Under the pieces are notes generated by a model. The model was not told the origin of the DNA. It made no database searches and saw nothing but the letters and a program-made list of their open reading frames with translations. Positions 34,728-49,258 of a stretch of DNA of 64,000 bases are shown here, one piece after another. The DNA is from Perkinsus chesapeaki ATCC PRA-425 (lineage: Eukaryota > Protista > Perkinsozoa). Made by a program: the position numbers and the translations under genes. How positions within the stretch are numbered: the stretch's first letter is position 1; each line of letters begins with the position of its first letter. Location: contig JAAPAO010000012.1 of NCBI GenBank assembly GCA_013115145.1, positions 62,001-126,000 on the forward strand, written 5' to 3'.

Positions 34728-36960
34728 CTACACTAGCCAAACAAGAAGCCCGTGTCCAATGCCACTAGACACGGGCTTCTTGACCATGAAACTGAGATAA
34801 ATCATGTTCCTTGAGGATGATGTACGGTACGCGAAGTTGTACAAGGTGAGGACGGTATGCTTACCGTTTATTGAGATAGCATTTATAATGAAACGTTTGA
34901 TCAAATCCATAGCCGCATCAGGCTGATCCATGGGAACCATATGGCCGGCATTTCTACATGCAAAATAACATGCGAGTGAGGCTATAGAAGTGTGGTTACC
35001 GAACAGAGTAATGACTTAATGGGCCATAGTGGCGTTCGTATCCATAGACAGCTTCCTGTGGACTGGTAGGCTGAGGAAGAGATCACAATACGGCTATGCA
35101 GTGCATAGTATGCACTAAAGGCAAACAAACCAGATATCTAGCTATGAGCTGTATAACTCGATCGGCATTCTATAGCGCATCATAGTGGTCATTGTGTAGT
35201 GAATTGCCAGATGTTGGTACTACTGCCGGCAACAGCAACACCTGGCGAGCCCCCGCCTGTGAGTTCTGTAAAAACGACTATGCAACCGACTTACGTCTCG
35301 TCCTCTCCATATATTGCGTTCACTGGAAAGGTAGTCGGATATACCGTCCCATGGCAGCTCGGGGATCCACGCTTCAACTCTAAAATATGGTAGGCACTTA
35401 ATACGGGACGAACCGAGCTGAGCTGCGTTACGATATTAATCCGTCCTTCGCATCCTTGTCGCCCTCAAAGAGCATCACAGGCACTTCAGCGTTCAGCAAT
35501 GGCGGTAAGCAATGTACCATTGGCATCATTATATCCTCCAGCAAATGTGCCTCGACGGCCTCATCGGTTCTAAAAGACGAAAACCTTGAGATACGAAATA
35601 TGCAGTAAGCGCTACTTGAAGGACCGATCAACGGGAACATGCAGGGTGGCCTTAACCTCCGGAAGATTCAGGAAGTGCTCAAGCCTTTCGTCTTGCCAGC
35701 CATAATCGTCTGTGGTACTGAAGAGAGCGGCAGTTTCCGTCGCAGCTACTAAAGCGTGCCGCAGCTGACCGAATATCGTAAAGATTAATTCCACCACTCT
35801 CCTCCTGCATCAACTTCTCGAGGCTCTTACGTGCCTCCAGAGCTTCCAGCCATCTGGCAAAACAGGGTCAGCACTGGCTTACAGGAGGAACTCACCTTCC
35901 CTCTAGTGCGAGTTTCTTCCCTTTTTGTCCTAGTTCACGGGCTTCATCAATTCTATCGGGACCGATAAGGCCGAAATAGTACGCAACATCGGCTTTGGCG
36001 GCAACTTGGAAAGCTGAAAACAAAACAGAAATTCTGTATTCTGTAACAGAATTCAGCCTCGTCGTGAGAAGGAAGTAGCCGACGACAAAATGGCAGGGAA
36101 ATACGGCATTTAAGTGAAGTGAACTAACCTGGAAAGGTGAGCCCATCTCCTATAGCAACTCCACTGAGTGGTATCTTATCGATAGGGTTCTCTATTAGGT
36201 ACTTCCCCAAGGCCGGGATATAGTGGCCTGCGTATGATTCACCAACGATGAACCTATCGAAGGTAATCGGAAAAGGAATGCCAATGGGCGGCTTACAATG
36301 GATGCTCTTTTAGCTCAGGTTTGACTTCCCTATAGAATGTCGTTAGGAACGTATACAACTGCTCTGTGACATCATGTTCGGTATTATTGGCATAACCTTC
36401 CGGATAGTCAGTGTAACTGTAACCAGTCCCCACTGGGCTATCAACAAACACCATGTGGTAAGAATTAGCCCAGGTTACATTTCTACGAACCTATGTTGAT
36501 CAGCTCATGAACGATGCTATCGACATCAGAAGCTCACCAAAGTAGTTCGGTTAATCAAGTTGAGCGGGCCAAGCTCGAAGAAGTTGCCGATGAATCCTGA
36601 CGAACCAGGTCCTCCCTGGATCCACAGAATCAAGGGTGTGTTCACATCATTTTGAAGTGAATCGTCTAGAGGGGGGAAATACCTTGAAAAGGAATGGACG
36701 AATTAAACACTCGGAGGTTAATGCAAGTTCTACCAGTAGAACATAGAAGAGTTCAAGTTGGAATTGATGCTCACCATCCCGGCATCGCTTCGGATTTCTG
36801 TGACCTGAGGACTAAGGGTATTCCGATGGAAGAATATACGAGCCAGTCTCGGAATAGCTACCTTGGGGTCTGTCGAGATCTTAGAGAGGTCCACAGGTAA
36901 ACCGGAGACACTCCATAGATATATCAGCGCCACGAGAGTGGTAGGGAGAGCCGCGGGCAT
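34728..36960 (-). CDS. Serine carboxypeptidase, family S10, copy 2 (3' end approximate)
   Basis: Signal peptide MPAALPTTLVALIYLWSVSG; PLILWIQGGPGSSGFIGNFFELGP; ESYAGHYIPA; GDKDAKDG; AGHMVPMDQPDAAMDLIKRF. Paralogous to 29902-31959 at ~5.0 kb offset. Confidence 0.9.
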
Positions 36961-37517
36961 ATGGAAATTATTTTGCACTAGGTGACGTATAATCATGATA
37001 CAACGGTTGGTCTTGTTTCGCTAGGGGAAGCTAGTACAACGGAATTGGCGAGACCCGTCAAGTAGCATGTGTAGGCGTATTACAGTTGATACGTACAATA
37101 CTCATAACGTGAGATATAACTTATGTATATGAATATGAAAGAATTCACAGATTCTGAAACCGTAAGGTAGACAGTACATCGCTGAGCGGTCGTGAAAAAG
37201 GGACATCTTCGCGACACAACTGTGAGTAACTTCTAGCAGACTAACTCCTTGACAGGCTTTGATGGAGATTCTCGAAGAGTGTACATTTGAGCCTGCACGA
37301 GTCGAACGACGGGTTCGCTTGGTGCTTCAGCTTTATAAGCGAAGCATGCACAGTTACTCTCTGTACATGAACGTTGCCCGGGTTTTCGTCGTACCATCGC
37401 CGACCTCGTTATGCTTTCACAATGTGCTCTGACTGTTCTAACACAACCACTGGTAATACCGGCGATGAAACATATACGACAAAGTGAAGTATATCGCCTA
37501 ACATACAGTTATCATCC

Positions 37518-40697
<3,180 letters not shown>

Positions 40698-41059
40698 AAT
40701 GAAAATGACTCAAACTGATCAGAGCCGCCTTGGCGCTGCTAATACACAACAGCAGCTAGCAGTGTCAGCCACACCATACCACACTTCCCTCAAATCAAGG
40801 TTACAGGACACGTTCCTCTGTCAAGTTTCAGCAATACCAACATCGTCAAATCCAGTACAAGTGGCTGCTACTTTCGCCTTATACAAAGGCACCTATATAC
40901 CTATGCTCCACACTGTACAGTGAAGGTGGTCAGTATGACCGAAATGTAAGTAGCGCGCGCCCAGCTGATCGATATACAACGCAACACCGAAAGTGATGTC
41001 TGCTACACAACATCTTACATAAAACGTGTAATGCATGCGTGAATACCTCAGCGAAATGC

Positions 41060-43026
41060 TCAGCCGGAATGCCGCCATTTTCGGCTGTCCGAAGCGCATC
41101 GCTCCGCCGCCTCGCACATCCTAGTGTAGTCGATCCAGCCATCTCCCCTACCAAAGGCTTGAGCTAGGGCTTGAACCTCGGACTGCTTCGCGTGGATATT
41201 GGCACGCGCCAGGATATTAGAGAGGTCCCAAACTCTGACGCAGCCAGACCGATTGTGATCGAAGGCCTTGCAGTGGGGCATGAGCTGCACATCAGAGGCC
41301 TTGGTGAGCACTGATGTCGGGTCAAGGGCATCCAGCTCTACTTGGGGGACAGGGGTAGGGATACCAGCCGCCGCGGCGCACAGACGCCTATACGAGGGGG
41401 CAAAGTGCGCGGTAAGGCAGTCGACGTCGACCTGTGTGAGGGGGGTGTCTTGAGTGAGTGCGCTCAAGAGCTGGGACAGGCTCCTGTGGAACAGGTCTGT
41501 TGTTGCGGTCTCACCGCGCATACGGTCTATAGCCGAGGTCACGTTGGTCTCGAAGTAGTCACCAAGCGCCGCTGGTGATATGACATAGGCGGTCATATGG
41601 TGCTTCAGTCTTGTCAAGGCCTCCTCTACTCCTTCGGTGCTTTTAGCCAGCACGTTAATAGACTGCGGCGTCCACTCTTGGACGACCGGCTCTGTCGCCT
41701 TTGTGATCCTGAAGTCATTGTGTGAGAAGTTCCAAACGAACCTTTTATAGGCCTCGTGGAGGCGATACGGGTCTATGCAGAAGCCTTGGCCAGCAGTAGG
41801 CAGCCCGAAAGTGTCCATCATTGTCTGGGCGTCTTCTTCGGACAGGTGAACGTTCAGTCGGTGAGCTATCCTCCACGGACTGCCTTCAGCCTCGGCGCAG
41901 AGCTCACGTAGATCAACTCGTTGGTCAAAGGCAGCACGAAATAATATACGGACAGCCTCGGGTATGTCCGAGGATCTGCAAGCCCAAACCTGCTTTGGTC
42001 TTTCTCCCTTCAGAGTGTCGACATCCCGCTGGAAGTTCCGGTAGTTGACCTTTTCTGGATAGGTAACGGACTTGTATCGTTCAGCCAAGGCCTGCACTTG
42101 GACGGGCGTCAACACAGGGAACTCATCGGTGATTTTTCTGATGAACACTTCTCTGAAGCACTTAGTATGCTGCTTGCAAGATCTCAAGGTATGTTGAAAG
42201 ATATCGCGCAAGTCCTTGGCGCCGGTGCCATCGCACCTGCTGGCGATCAAACGTAAAGCGCTGTCGGCCTCATCACCCGGCTCAGGGCTTCCGTGATAAG
42301 CGGTGACCATTCAACAAGTACTGAATAAAAACAGGTACACCGGTAGCGGAGCACGCAACATAGTAGCTATAAGACACCGTGGGCAACTTGACATAGAGAG
42401 GCCTAACAGGCCTCGTACGAAAACTGGTAGAATAGGATCTGCCACTAGAAAAAGCATGAGTCCTGGCCATGCGATCGAACATCTGTTGATGCCTGGTCGA
42501 GGCGGGTGCTTGAAGGGTCCTGCCTTTAGACTTCAAACCGAGGGCCGTGGCGGAGCGCTGAGTAACAATGAGCTGCATAGCTGGCGAGGAAGGACCGTAC
42601 CACGCGCCCCGAAGCCGAATCTTCACTGTAAAACGGCTCACGAGCGCTGAAGGGGTGCCTGAGCTCGTCGGCAGTGAAGCGCCAGGGGTGATGAAGCGCC
42701 ATGGCCTCCGCTTCTTTGCTCAAAATCTTCATCGCGAACTCGTTCGGTCCCCGGTCATCCGAGAAAGGGTCGATGAACCCCCGTATCTGCTCCGGAAATT
42801 AAGGTACGACGAGCGGCAAGGAACCTACCCCAGCGAATTTGGCGGCCTCCGAATTTCTCAGATCGCCTGTGGCCTCCGCACGCCACTCTCCACGAGCCCA
42901 CCGGCTAACGGCGTCGGCGTATCTGCACGCGCCAACGTTCCGATGTGTGATGTACTGCAAGGGCTCACAGTCTGAGGAACACTTTCTCTCTTGCGCTGTA
43001 TTCTCGCCATCGCCGCGATGGCCCAA
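41060..43026 (-). CDS. EF-hand-containing hypothetical protein (5' exons approximate)
   Basis: 416-aa terminal ORF with an EF-hand-like loop AFDHNRSGCVRVWDL and other degenerate helix-loop-helix units. Upstream minus-strand exons extend to ~43026. Confidence 0.65.
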
Positions 43027-45626
43027 TGGACTTCAGGAGACTCGCTGGAAACTTGATACCCCGCTGCTGCGGGCTGGCATTGGAGCCTCGTGAGGTTAGC
43101 TCGAGCAACAAATCCTTAAGTTGCTCATTCTCTAGCTTCAGAGCTTCAACCTCCTTTTCGGAGGTGCTCGAATGCCAGGGCGGCATCAGAAACAGTTTCG
43201 GTGAACCTGCGGACAAATTCACAAACACCAGCCGTTTGGATGTTGGTTACTAGTGCTAGCTGGAGCACCGTCAGCCGAAGCCGATTGCTGATCGTCGACT
43301 CTTGGACCAGCGTTACGCTCAGCTGATGGCTGATATGTGGCACCAGCTTCCGCGCTTCCCATCGCCGACGCATACTCCAGGCAGATGGCGGCCAGCCGCT
43401 GCAATTCTTCGATGGAGCCATCGGATTCTAAAGGGGCAAAGATGGGCATACTCAGACTCCCAACATTCTCACCGTCTAGGTCACTCGCCACGAAATTCCC
43501 AGCCACGGTGGCCAGTTGTATCGTAGCGTCAGACATCATTCGCAATGCCTTTGCAGTTTCCGGCTCCCGCTCATCAGCCACAGCATCCGGTGCTGTGAAG
43601 CCGTCAGAGAGCCTCCGGCGGATACTCCGTTGACTAGGCTTGCTCGCTACTCGAGCGATGATATCCCTCGTGACGATCGTCGATAAGACACAGTCTCCGA
43701 CCCCGGTGATTCCCTCTGAATCGGCCTTAACAATGTCGCTATGCTCCGCAGCGGCCGATCCCTGCGAACACATATTTGAGCGCGGCTCCCATGCTACACG
43801 ACTGGACTGCCGCCTGATGTCAGGTTGATGCGGGGTGTCCGGCGCGTCTGTGAATGTAGGGATTAACCCATCGGTGGCTTCTATTAGTCGTCTTCGCACA
43901 CTCCTCCGCGGTGTGGCTTCCGACTTGACAGAGTGCCGCTTCATGTCAGTATGTGAGTTATCGCTGCTCTCGTCGGCTCTGCAAGGTGAAGTGGAGTCTT
44001 GAAGATCTTTCGAAGCTCCCGAGTCTTCCTGGGAGTACTCAGATATTGAAGGACTAGCTTCGCAGGAAGCAGACCGAGGACAGTTAGGCTGCGATGCGTG
44101 TGATTCCTCCGCTTCGGCGTGTGCCAGAACCGGGCTGTTCTCTGCCTTCACGACTTGATCGATTTCGCCACTCGCTGGGTTCCTCGTTTGCTTGCCTACT
44201 GTAGACTCCTCTGCGTTATGAAGGCGGATATGAAGGCCTTCTGGGGAATCGTCTGGCCCCACTGCGACACGATTCGTGCTCATTAGTTGCACCGTGGCAG
44301 TTGGTGTTAAACGCTCCGATGCGCTTTCTGTTTGGCTTGCCGCATCTGTGGCAGCCTTGCCAGTTTCGACGTCATCAGTTTGCACGAGAGCAGACGAAGA
44401 GGCAGTCTCATCCGTCTGTATCTCAACTCCTTCCAACGAAGGCGTATCCGTTTTTCTCGGAGACTTTGGCTCTGGAGGTATTTCTACTCGCCCTGGAACA
44501 ACTCGAGCTGACCGCGAGGCCTGAAAAACTTGACAGTGACATAGTCCATGTTCTGAGGGAACGTACAGAAGACGGAAGGCCAGTTTTCGCCAAAGAGTTA
44601 TCATTTGTCCGTTGTCGGCGCCATCTGGGGGAGTTGGCTAAAAGACCCATCACATTCGGGTGAGCCTGCCCTTCTCCCACCAAGTACTCAACCTTCGCCT
44701 CGACCTAGCACTGTCATTCACGGTAAGAGTACATTGCCGACAGCACTCACACATTGCTGCAGCACTTGACGTGTCTTATCATCGAAGTGAGTGAGTGGGT
44801 CGTAGAACTCGGGTTCCAGGGCTTCTGGGGCAAACTGGTCGAGCGAGTTGTCGTTGAGATTTCTGTGGCGGCGAAGCAACAGTATCTTTCAGAGGGGCGG
44901 CGGCTTGAACTCAAATCAGAGCGTATATGTTACCTCCTTGGCAGCATCAGATTGGCATCGCAAGAGAGTCTCCTCACTCTGACGAAGCCTTTTACTCAGG
45001 AAGGAGCAACCGATGCACTAAAGACAGTACGGCACTAACTCGACTGGATCGCAAGCCTACGCTTTCTTGGGCGCCAGCCTGGGGCGAGAAAGCCAGTTCT
45101 TGAGCCAGCTTCCACACTATATCGTGGACAACTTCTGGATGATCGAGAGCACCACCTAGCTCGCTTGTGGTTTTGGAGACGAGCCCTAGTGGTAACATCG
45201 CTCCCCCGGCTGCGAACTGGAACCGATTTCCTACTGCTGATGTCAACATCGTTTGGTAACTTCAGTAGAGCATTCGAACTGAGATTCGAGCTTTCACCAA
45301 GAGTGCTACCGTTCGGGCTATCAGCATGCTCTTGTTGCCTCGGGTTACTGAAAGGCACAAAATTTGGAATCCTATACGGTGCACGCCGAAGTCTCGAGTC
45401 CAAATACGAGTATGGCGAAAACAAGAGTTGAGGTCGCGTTCCTCACCAGCCTAACTGTGCGGCTTTTAGTTTCGCTAGATGCTCCTGCAGTTTGGCGATG
45501 ATGGAGTCTTTGCCCTGAACACCGGAAAGGGTCGTCACGAAAACAAAGAAGGTTGATAACGCTCCTCCGATACCTGAAGCTCCGCAGCGGACTCCGCTTC
45601 GTGGCCACGTTTAACATTCGGACCAT
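42965..45626 (-). CDS. Hypothetical low-complexity / coiled-coil protein
   Basis: 461-aa S/E/A-rich exon (43219-44604), a coiled-coil-like exon EKEVEALKLENEQLKDLLLEL, and upstream short exons. Boundaries uncertain. Confidence 0.55.
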
Positions 45627-45953
45627 GGACTTTAGCTCTGAGTTCTAAACGGTTAGGTTTTCTTGTCCCGGAATCCCCCATCGGAACAGTAGGTCTGGTG
45701 TATTTACGCCTCCGCGGACCACTGGGCCCGTGACCTCCCTTTTTGAGGCCCATGAAGAAACCATTGGCGCTATAGAGGAGCGGAGTTGGAGACTGCTTCA
45801 TGAGAAACGTGGCATTTGACTTCACCTTGCGAGTGGCACGCGTTCGGTGGCAGGTGACTTTAATTGACAACACTATGCTGATAGAGCAGAAACTATTGTT
45901 ATTGAAATCGAGAACTATAATTTATGCGTTCAGTAGCAGAGAATCGAATTCAC

Positions 45954-47138
45954 TCAATCTCGTTTGGTCTTCGGGCTTTCAACCGGCTGAGGGGCCCAAA
46001 CATACCCAAGGGAGCCAACTAGCAGCGCCAATGCGCCAAGAGCCATGGTCGGGGGCGGGTACGGAGGTGCGTGGAAGGCGTAGGCAGAAAGCAGCAGACA
46101 AGCAAAGCGTTGGACGGTAGCCATGAGCTCGCAAGTCACGTGCTGAGTGGTACTCGAGAGCTTCAGCTGATAGCGCCGACACAATTGAGCGAGTACCATG
46201 TTACCTGGAAGAAAAATGAGTTAGGATATCTGAACCGCTGGTCTCACCAGTGAGGCACGCTAAAGTTAAGACAGCAGCGTGGCGCGATGAGTGGGAGAGG
46301 AGCACCCGTCTGACGGACTCAGCGCCCTTTGGTGAGGCCAGCAGCAACGGCAAGCCAATGAGATGCTGCATGAGCAACTGCTCTTCCACTTGAGGACCGT
46401 AGATAATGAAACAACGGTTAACTAGGAAAGTCTGGAACGTGCCGCACAAAACTGCTATGAACATCAAAAACAAGCCGAGCGCCATCGCACTGTCATCGGA
46501 GGCCGAAGAGGAGCCGGAGGATGAAAGCGCCGCACACGATATGATGCCAGCTGTTGTGAGCAGCACGGAGCAAATCTGCATGCGAGAATATCTGAGATTA
46601 AGAAATATTTCACATTGGTGCTGCATTGTACCGTTTATCGAGCAATATCGCCCCGACTATCATACCGGTAGCAAGCTGCAAGTTGGACACAACCACCTGA
46701 AACAACGAGCACTCATTAAGGAAATTCCACGATACTATTCGCCATTGGTGGATTCAGCAACGTAAAATTTGTGCAAGGGAATGAAACGGAAAACCCCAAC
46801 CTACAACTGCTGTCATCGGCAGCATCGTGATGCCGAGCGCCTTGAGGTAGGCATAGCCAAAGGAGCATCCACTAAAGACCAGATGCCACTTCCAAGGGAT
46901 CTTATGATGAGCAATTATTGATGGTATAGAAGTGGCCCGCTTTAGAACAATAAATACGTGAACCTGAGCAGATTATGCGGTAGGACAGCAGGTGGCTCCA
47001 AAAATGGGGTTTAATTCTGCCTACAAGGATTGCGCACAGGAAAGCAGCAGACTTGTCCTCGCTGACTAGTAGCTCCATCGGAATGTGGGACCCGACACCA
47101 CAGAGGAAATACAACGACGCGAACGTGGTCGCCTGCAT
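45954..47138 (-). CDS. Nucleotide-sugar transporter, UAA family (SLC35B4/YEA4-like)
   Basis: Multi-TM spliced product: FLCGVGSHIPMELL (cf. GGCCSNV), TAGIISCAAL..ALGLFLMFIAVLCGTFQ, TCELMATVQRFACLLLSAYAF..LGALALLVGSLGYV. Confidence 0.7.
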
Positions 47139-47914
47139 AGTAGCGATAACGATCTGATGGCACCACTGCTTACCATCTTAACCCGGCGTCTTCTCGTAGC
47201 TGTCAGTTCGCGCTGCCATCTTGCCACAGCTTTGACCTTCGCCCAGTTCTGGGAAGTTCGGGCCGCAATCTCGTCAGGAGCCATACTGCCAGATTCTAGA
47301 GAAGATACGAACCTCTCAGACGATCTTGCCGGGAATATTCCCCGCAGGCCGTCACTAATGACCTCACGAAGGCTATTTTAACGCTATATTAGAGAACACC
47401 GCTGCCAGATTTTGTCCTGTGGAACCACCCCATGCCACACAGATACTCGATCGGAAATGGTCACCCTGAGATGATGGTTCTTCCCCACCGTCCGAAGACG
47501 TCGGGGTTTCTCCTATCAAATCGGCTTCGACATCCTCAGGGATAGCATCGTAGTCGCAGGAGTCGAAAATGAAGCTGGGCTCGAAGCACGATACCGACGA
47601 CATAGACCGAGGGACGCTCGAGGCAAACGGCGCCCCTGGCGGCGTGGGGATCCTAAAATCGACGGCTGGGCTTTGACGTGCTCTGAAGGCCCTACCATCC
47701 GGAAGAGGATAGTCTTCTCAATCTGTGTCTTGGATGTGCGAGACCGTCAATAGCGTGACCGATTGCCGGCAGCTGGGTGTCGGTCTCATATTTGCTCATG
47801 GCTGAAAATACAATCAACTGTCGAATCACTCAGGAAGCAAGGAAGACGTCACGGCGAGCGGGATACTCAGCCCCAAGGCTGCCGACAAACGCAAGCCAGT
47901 GGAGAGCTGAAATT

Positions 47915-49021
47915 CTACATCGGGTCCATGATTCGGCCTCCACCCCAATCCATGTCGCTGTCTTCTTCCCATGGCATCGGCATGGGCCGGCTTGGCACGA
48001 CCGGGCCGAGCTCCGCATCCAACCACGACTCCCGGGTGTGAGTATCCAAGTACTTCAACCTCAGGCCCATTGGGAGATCAGTCGAGTCGCTAATTATAGG
48101 GTACTCTGGCGAGGAACCGAAGATGACGTGCCAAACTCGATCTAAGGACGCGCAGGCGCACGCGGGTATTCCGGCCGCAACAGCGCGGAGCAAAGCGTCT
48201 TTTCGGACAATAAAGAGCCCGGAGTCGTAGCCAGCAAGTTGGCCTCGAGCCGTGTGTAAACCACAAACGTTGGAGCCTGGGGGCCTCAGGTGACGACTGC
48301 CGCCAAGATAAGCGAACCTCGTGTGGAAGGTGCCAGCTGAGATAGCCCGCAGAACTAGCTCCGCATATTCTACAGAGAACGCACCGTTCAGGAACATAAC
48401 GTAATCAGCGCCTACGGTAGCAGTGCGAAGAAAGTGGCTGTAGACATCACAGTGGGACTTGCCGGTCCACAGCCCAGTGCATGTGTTATAGGTAATGACA
48501 CGAGTACCATTGAAGAGACTGTCAATCGCCTGGCAACCAGCATAGACGATTTCAGCGATGGCACCATCGGATTGCAGTACTCCGTTTAAATTAGCAACGA
48601 CGCTTGTAAGCGGCCAACCAGAGAATAAGTGTTCTCGCCGCGCCTCGGGGATGTTTTCGTACACCGCTTGAAAAACGGCCAGCCATCGCAGGCCAGCGGC
48701 GTCTTCGGGATCGATGGAGAGACGAGATTCGGCTAGAAGGCCGTAGGCAATGACCATAGCACTTGGGCATTCGTCGATCATACGCATCACGAAGTCCCTC
48801 GGGGACCGTGCAAGCACGTAGGCCTCCTTTAAAGGCGGGCGCTTGCCGGTATCGTAGAAATTGACAGCCTTGAGTTGGAAGTGGGAGGCGCTGAAGGTGT
48901 AGTTGAACTCTTCACCACGTGCTCCCCACCAGGACACTTCATACTCGGAAAAGCAATTGAAGGCAATAGAGGGAAAGAGACGATGGCAAAACAACACAAG
49001 GAGGGGACAAAGCAACAGCAT
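47915..49021 (-). CDS. Type II membrane glycosyltransferase-like protein, DUF3431-like C-terminus
   Basis: Intronless ORF with an N-terminal hydrophobic anchor MLLLCPLLVLFCHRLF. The motifs VYSHFLR..ADYVMFLNG and LFIVRKDALL..LDRVWHVIFG resemble DUF3431 (YLT..PD.VVFLHG; QFAVSR..ER.WH.IFG) by recall. Confidence 0.5.
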   Translation of the reverse strand: MLLLCPLLVLFCHRLFPSIAFNCFSEYEVSWWGARGEEFNYTFSASHFQLKAVNFYDTGKRPPLKEAYVLARSPRDFVMRMIDECPSAMVIAYGLLAESRLSIDPEDAAGLRWLAVFQAVYENIPEARREHLFSGWPLTSVVANLNGVLQSDGAIAEIVYAGCQAIDSLFNGTRVITYNTCTGLWTGKSHCDVYSHFLRTATVGADYVMFLNGAFSVEYAELVLRAISAGTFHTRFAYLGGSRHLRPPGSNVCGLHTARGQLAGYDSGLFIVRKDALLRAVAAGIPACACASLDRVWHVIFGSSPEYPIISDSTDLPMGLRLKYLDTHTRESWLDAELGPVVPSRPMPMPWEEDSDMDWGGGRIMDPM

Positions 49022-49258
49022 GAAACAAAATGCACAACTCTGGCAAAGCCAACAGGGGATCTGTAGGCACGCTTTGACTGAAACCCACTGGGTAGTGCCC
49101 GCACCCAACCGAGACTCGACGACTGGCTCGCGTTACGAGTTATCCAATGATCGCATCTTGTTCCGCGGAACCAAACTCCATGGAGAACGTCGATCCGATC
49201 GCTACCGCAGCATTCACACAACACAACAAAGATGAACGTCTGGTAATAATACATCTCC

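Noticed and set aside
47373-47800. Possible extra small gene between the transporter and the DUF3431-like ORF
   Set aside because: An acidic open frame exists, but I could not join it to a start codon through valid splice sites.
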